Source of the DNA: Candidatus Cloacimonadales bacterium | GTDB lineage: Bacteria; Cloacimonadota; Cloacimonadia; Cloacimonadales; JAFGVF01 | Reading direction: 5' to 3' | DNA length: 64,000 bases | Assembly: GCA_963667035.1 (NCBI GenBank) | Contig: OY762964.1 | Coordinates: forward strand, 32,001 to 96,000 | Part shown: positions 59,418 through 64,000 of the stretch, in pieces | Layout: the number at the start of each line of letters is the position of its first letter | Position numbering within the stretch: position 1 is the first letter of the stretch | Program-made: the position numbers and the translations under genes | Notes under the pieces: generated by a model | Told to the model about the DNA's origin: nothing | Database searches by the model: none | What the model saw: only the letters and a program-made list of their open reading frames with translations

Positions 59418-59572
59418 GTCGAACTTTCAGTTCGAAGACAAGCTGGAAGCATGTTCTACGGGCAAGATGCAGACAAGGATGTCTGCGTACCCGGTAATGT
59501 CGAACCTTTGGCTCGAAGACGATCTGGAAGCATATCTTACGGGCAAGAGGCGGACAGAGATGTAAGCTTACC
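59418..59572. repeat. two tandem ~81-bp REP-like units
   Basis: GTCGAAC...TCGAAGAC...CTGGAAGCAT...TACGGGCAAGA...TACC is repeated at 59418 and 59499. Confidence 0.75.
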
Positions 59573-59612
59573 AAATACTACAATCTATATTGAAAGATTA
59601 GAGGATGTGAAG

Positions 59613-60065
59613 ATGGAATTGATATCAGTTCGGGAAAGACCGGAATATAAAGATAGAGTTATAGAGTACTTCCAGAGTAAATGGGCTTCGGAAGCTAGTA
59701 TGAAAGTTTATGAAGATAGCATTACAAGCTGTCTTGAAACATCCAGTCCATTACCTCAATGGTATATCTTGGAAGATGCAGGTGCTATTATCGGATGTGC
59801 AGGTTTAATCACAAATGATTTTATCAGCCGAATGGATCTATATCCTTGGGTCTGTGCCATATATATTGAAAAGGAGCATAGAGGTAACTCCTTTGGCAAA
59901 ATCCTTCTTGAAAGAGCTATGGAAGATACTAAAAAGGGTGGTTTTAATAGTTTACACTTATGCACCGATCTTGATGGTTATTACGAGAAATATGGTTTTG
60001 ATTACATCGGAGTCGGTTATCACCCCTGGGGAGAAGAATCAAAGGTATACAAGATTGATTTATGA
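59613..60065 (+). CDS. GNAT acetyltransferase
   Basis: NDFISRMDLYPW, HRGNSFGK and YYEKYGF. The true start is ATG 59613; the track's extension runs through the repeat. Confidence 0.9.
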   Translation: MELISVRERPEYKDRVIEYFQSKWASEASMKVYEDSITSCLETSSPLPQWYILEDAGAIIGCAGLITNDFISRMDLYPWVCAIYIEKEHRGNSFGKILLERAMEDTKKGGFNSLHLCTDLDGYYEKYGFDYIGVGYHPWGEESKVYKIDL

Positions 60066-60698
60066 GCCATGTTTGCTCACTACCTGATATCTCAAAACAG
60101 TCTTAAGCTTCTCAGGTGCAACTTTCCTGGCGTCAGTTAGGTAAATCTCTTTATGTTTACCAGAAAGTCGGGTTAAACAATGATCATTACAATATTGTTC
60201 CATGATTTTGAAGCTTGCCGGTTCGCTATCATAACTTCCCAAATGCAACATCTGAACACATTTTCCTTCACTTAATGACTCGAAAGTCACTTGATCTAGA
60301 AGTTCACTAGGTTTCTTCTTTTTAACTTTTTCGAGAATCGTTTCGAACAACTCTTGCGTTACAAAATCAGGTTGTCTTATCATCAGAGTAAAGATAAGTG
60401 AGTCTTTGTCCAAAGTACCTTTACAGCTCTTCTTCGCTTCCTCAGAAATATCCCAAATCCCTTCTAAGGGATACACTGTGTATTCAAAGTAACCCTCCGG
60501 AGTATGTCCGGATTTAGGAGCCATTCTAACCCCATAGGAAAGAGAATATAATGCCTCTATATAGTTAGCGAAGAAGTCATCGTTGGGATTCCCTTTTCCC
60601 CGTATCATGAAATACTTGAATGCAGGAATCTCAACTAGCTCCGGTTTGTTTTTTGGTAGATAAATCGACTTCTCTTTCTTTCGCCATTCATGTTTCAT
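60060..60698 (-). CDS. GyrI-like small-molecule-binding protein
   Basis: GKGNPN, VYPLEGIW, MIRQPDF, MLHLGSYD, HKEIYL and LKTVLR. Confidence 0.88.
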   Translation of the reverse strand: MKHEWRKKEKSIYLPKNKPELVEIPAFKYFMIRGKGNPNDDFFANYIEALYSLSYGVRMAPKSGHTPEGYFEYTVYPLEGIWDISEEAKKSCKGTLDKDSLIFTLMIRQPDFVTQELFETILEKVKKKKPSELLDQVTFESLSEGKCVQMLHLGSYDSEPASFKIMEQYCNDHCLTRLSGKHKEIYLTDARKVAPEKLKTVLRYQVVSKHGS

Positions 60699-60879
60699 TA
60701 TTCCTCCTTTGTATTAACATATCTAACTCTTCACATTTCATAATTAAGATTATTATCTCTAAAATCACTACCTTTTGTCAATGTTCTATCACAATTACTA
60801 CGAAAATAAGACATGACATTTTATTTAAATCTTTCAGACAAACTACCTAATGAGAGACAATAATCAACTATTTCGTAGC

Positions 60880-61238
60880 AATGCGAATAGGTATTTCTAT
60901 GTTTCCGTTTGATTAAGTCCTCGCTAGGCTTTTTTGATTAAGAAATTGGTAATCTCAATCTTAACTATCTGTGATAATAGGTTTGAAAGGATTCAGAGAT
61001 TTTTAGGAAGTTGATTCAATCTCAAGTGGTTCGTCATATATTTGAAATCAAGCTGGTTTAGAATTTTGTAGACACTGAAGGGAGATTTGCAAAGCTTCCT
61101 ATTGTTAGGTTAATTGATAATATTGATGAACAATATCTTGATTTAATCAAGTCATTTACCGGACGAGTAGATATAATTATAAGACTCGCTGATAATGAGT
61201 TTGAAATAGATGACTTCAGAAGTATTCAATTTAACTAA
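60880..61238 (+). pseudogene. probable degraded gene; 3' part still open (VDTEGRFAKLP...SIQFN*)
   Basis: An open tail of about 58 codons preceded by stops and frameshifts. No family recognised. Confidence 0.3.
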
Positions 61239-61264
61239 GAAATACTAACAGGATAGAGGTTTGC

Positions 61265-62890
61265 ATGAAATTGATTTTAATACTAATAGCCTTACTTGTG
61301 ACTTTAGGGTGTACTACCGTTGCAAACAATAATGTAGTTAAAACTAAGTCCGGTCGAATTCAAGGAGATAATATTGGCAGAGTAATCCGTTTTCTTGGTA
61401 TTCCCTATGCTCAAAGCATATCAGGGAAGAATAGGTTTTTACCTCCTCAACCCATGGAGCCATGGACAGATATACTACAAGCTTTCCGTTATGCAGACTC
61501 TTCTCCGCAAGAAACTCTTACTCCTACCGGAGATAGTCCTGTGTCACCGGCTTTTAATACACCGGATTATGTAAAACCGGGAGATAACTGTCTTGCATTA
61601 AACATTTGGACACCTGAAAAGACTGACGATAAATTACCGGTAATGGTGTGGCTGCATGGTGGAGGATGGACCTACGGAAGTGCTTCAAGTGCAATCTACG
61701 ATGGAAAGAACTTAGCTAATCGTGGTGATGTGGTTGTTGTAACAATCAATCACAGACTGGGAGCTTCCGGTCTAACGGATTTCTCAAGAATCATAGGTGG
61801 AGAATTCGTTGAATCATCCAATCTGGGTATTAAAGATATTATAGCTGCGTTGGAATGGGTAAGAGATAATATCTCCGAATTTGGAGGTAATCCGGATTTA
61901 GTCACTATTTTCGGAGAATCAGGTGGAGGTTGGAAAGTTAACACAATGTTAGGGATTCCGTCTGCTAAAGGATTGTTCCATCGGGCTATTGTTGAGAGTG
62001 GACCTTTAACTCGTTTTCTCTCACCGGAGGAAGCGGACAAACTGGCTTTAGCTGTTCTAGAAGAGCTTAACATTAGTGTTGATAATGCTGAGGAGTTGAA
62101 CAATATTACGTTTGAAGATGTTATCAAAGCCGAGTCCGAAGTAATGGCTAACATACCTATGACATTACCCGGTTTCCCTTCAGGATTCTGGCCAGTAATT
62201 GATGGCAAACTTATTTCTGAACATGTATATGATACGAAAGCCGCACTAAGTAGTGTTGATGTTCCCCTTCTTGTTGGTCAGAACGGTACGGAATTTACTC
62301 TTTTTATGCTTGGAGACAAAGTAGCTTACTCACTTGATAATGAAGGTTTGGAAAAACGAGTATACGAATTCTTCGACAAAGAATCAGCAGGGCAGATACT
62401 AAATAGTTACAGAAGAAATTTCAGCGATTACAATCCATCAAGTCTATGGTTTAGAATCTTCTCTGATTATGCCATGGGTACTCTTAACTCCAAGATAATG
62501 GATGTTCGATCTGAAGAACCAAATTCTGCTCCTGTTTATGCATATCGATTCGAATGGCAGACCCCTGCTTTCGAGGGTAAACTATATTCACCTCATACAA
62601 TTGAGATTCCTTTTGTTTTCGATAACGCAAATACTGATGCAGGTATCATTCTAACCGGTGGTGGTAAAGAAGTTGAGAAACTTGCAAAAACCGTTTCTAG
62701 TGCCTGGGTTGAATTTGCACGCACAGGGAAACCTGCTTCCGATGAACTACCGGAATGGCCAAAGTACTCAAAAGAAACTCGTGCCAGTATGCATTTTGAT
62801 TTAACAAGTAAAGTTGCACCATATATAGACTCAGATATTCTGAAGATTTTTAGTAACAAGTTGCAATCTGAAACAGGATTAAATCCATAA
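61265..62890 (+). CDS. type-B carboxylesterase/lipase family lipoprotein
   Basis: FLGIPYA, DNCLALNIW, WLHGGG, FGESGGG, PHTIEI and lipobox LGC. Confidence 0.93.
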   Translation: MKLILILIALLVTLGCTTVANNNVVKTKSGRIQGDNIGRVIRFLGIPYAQSISGKNRFLPPQPMEPWTDILQAFRYADSSPQETLTPTGDSPVSPAFNTPDYVKPGDNCLALNIWTPEKTDDKLPVMVWLHGGGWTYGSASSAIYDGKNLANRGDVVVVTINHRLGASGLTDFSRIIGGEFVESSNLGIKDIIAALEWVRDNISEFGGNPDLVTIFGESGGGWKVNTMLGIPSAKGLFHRAIVESGPLTRFLSPEEADKLALAVLEELNISVDNAEELNNITFEDVIKAESEVMANIPMTLPGFPSGFWPVIDGKLISEHVYDTKAALSSVDVPLLVGQNGTEFTLFMLGDKVAYSLDNEGLEKRVYEFFDKESAGQILNSYRRNFSDYNPSSLWFRIFSDYAMGTLNSKIMDVRSEEPNSAPVYAYRFEWQTPAFEGKLYSPHTIEIPFVFDNANTDAGIILTGGGKEVEKLAKTVSSAWVEFARTGKPASDELPEWPKYSKETRASMHFDLTSKVAPYIDSDILKIFSNKLQSETGLNP

Positions 62891-63088
62891 GTTAATTCGG
62901 TACAGGAAGATTTGGCAATTTACGTAAAACCCTAAGTTTACATGGTGTTCCAAAAGATTACAATCCCTCAGTGGAGATATTACTTATTTATCCCACTTGG
63001 TGAAACAGGGCAATATTCTATCCCTATAAACAAAAGGTAGACTTAAAAGCCTACCTTCCAACTGTTATTTTGATTTGTAGATAATTTA

Positions 63089-64000
63089 CTAACGTTTCCT
63101 AAGCATAAACTCTTTCTTCTGTAGATAGTCATACCTTAGATTTCTTCCCGGCTGATAGTTGAATGCCATGATAGATTCATGACCTTCTTTTAAGGATGCA
63201 TAGTCGGCAAAATCAAGTGTCTTGATAATTGCGGCAAACACTCTTATAGCTCCGGAATGATCAGCCAATACGACTCTGTGCCCAAGGTTTTTCTTCAACA
63301 ACTCCACAAAACTAAAAGCTATACGCCAATCCGATTCCAGTAAGGTTTCGCCTTCAGGAAAATGGAAGAATCTGTTTTTAAAATACTTTTTAACCTTAGA
63401 TTTAAGTTCTTCGGGTGAGCCACCCCATTCTTTCTTATATATTTCAATTGTTTTGTCGAATATATCTTTTTTAACCTTATGAGTTAAAGCTCCGTATTTC
63501 TGGGAATTTAAACCATAAAGCGGATTAAATGACAGATTAGTATATCCTGCTTCTTGAAGGAAATATCTTGCTGTCTGCTCGGTATTCTCCGATTCACTGC
63601 CGTAGACTAAAATCGGGTTATCTTTACTCCAAGACCAGAGCGAGAAGTTTTGTTTTTCCAAGTTATCCACAACAACCTTGAAATCCTTTCCAAGTTCCTT
63701 AGCTGTGTTTATACCGTCTTCATGAAGATAGTTACCCATAGAACCGGGTATACGTCTATTATTCTCCCAACTATCCCAGTATCCCGAACCGACAAACACA
63801 GGATTATCTCCACCTGACTCATGATGAGAGCGTCCGTGTCTTACAAGTATGACCTGAGTCTGATTAATGGGAACATAAGCTTGAGGGAATAAAGGTATCG
63901 CTTTACCGTTAGGTAACCAGATAAGTCCTTCTTGCATGGTCAACCCGCTACCATCGTCAAGAAGACGTCCTGTAGTTCTTCTTTTACCGCTTTCATCCGT
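63089..64000 (-). CDS. histidine phosphatase domain protein; 5' end lies beyond the window
   Basis: LVRHG, FPEGET and ADHSG. The frame stays open to position 64000. Confidence 0.75.
   Translation of the reverse strand, partial: TDESGKRRTTGRLLDDGSGLTMQEGLIWLPNGKAIPLFPQAYVPINQTQVILVRHGRSHHESGGDNPVFVGSGYWDSWENNRRIPGSMGNYLHEDGINTAKELGKDFKVVVDNLEKQNFSLWSWSKDNPILVYGSESENTEQTARYFLQEAGYTNLSFNPLYGLNSQKYGALTHKVKKDIFDKTIEIYKKEWGGSPEELKSKVKKYFKNRFFHFPEGETLLESDWRIAFSFVELLKKNLGHRVVLADHSGAIRVFAAIIKTLDFADYASLKEGHESIMAFNYQPGRNLRYDYLQKKEFMLRKR

Noticed and set aside
59418..59572. Possible mini CRISPR array
   Set aside because: There are only two degenerate units with no unique spacers, and no cas genes.
59451..59612. 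N-terminal extension of the GNAT ORF in the track
   Set aside because: It is translation through the REP-like repeat. The paralog and RBS place the start at 59613.
46255..64000. Possible integron cassette array
   Set aside because: Genes lie on both strands with their own promoters and terminators. I saw no repeated attC-like structure and no integron integrase.

Overview
AT-rich bacterial chromosome segment, most likely Candidatus Cloacimonadota or a related FCB-group lineage. This is inferred from several secreted proteins ending in a 'YPNPFNP' FlgD-Ig/T9SS-type C-terminal module, a C25 gingipain-like peptidase, and TPR-fused sigma-54 activators. Core genes are a plsC-like acyltransferase, tRNA-Lys/Glu/Glu, alr, a polysaccharide cluster, etfB, lgt, glnS, rpmB, gldA and tmRNA. 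They are interleaved with accessory material. The accessory material includes: (i) two modules of TPR-bEBP, sigma-54 promoter and large secreted FlgD-Ig protein; (ii) a tightly packed 7-gene operon of three unknown proteins, a NitT/TauT-type ABC importer and a B12-binding radical SAM enzyme with a non-canonical CX8CX2C motif; (iii) an APH-RIO1 kinase fusion behind a leader-peptide attenuator; (iv) a ~250-nt structured leader with a terminator upstream of amidohydrolase-alr that I could not assign to a known family; (v) two partly paralogous islands, one after tRNA-Glu and one within the post-tmRNA region, the latter carrying an OLD-like ATPase-TOPRIM gene pair; and (vi) a one-ended IS1182, IS200 and GIY-YIG relics, and several REP/MITE-like palindromes. 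I saw no CRISPR array, integrase, reverse transcriptase or prophage. All family calls come from motif recognition by eye, not from database searches.
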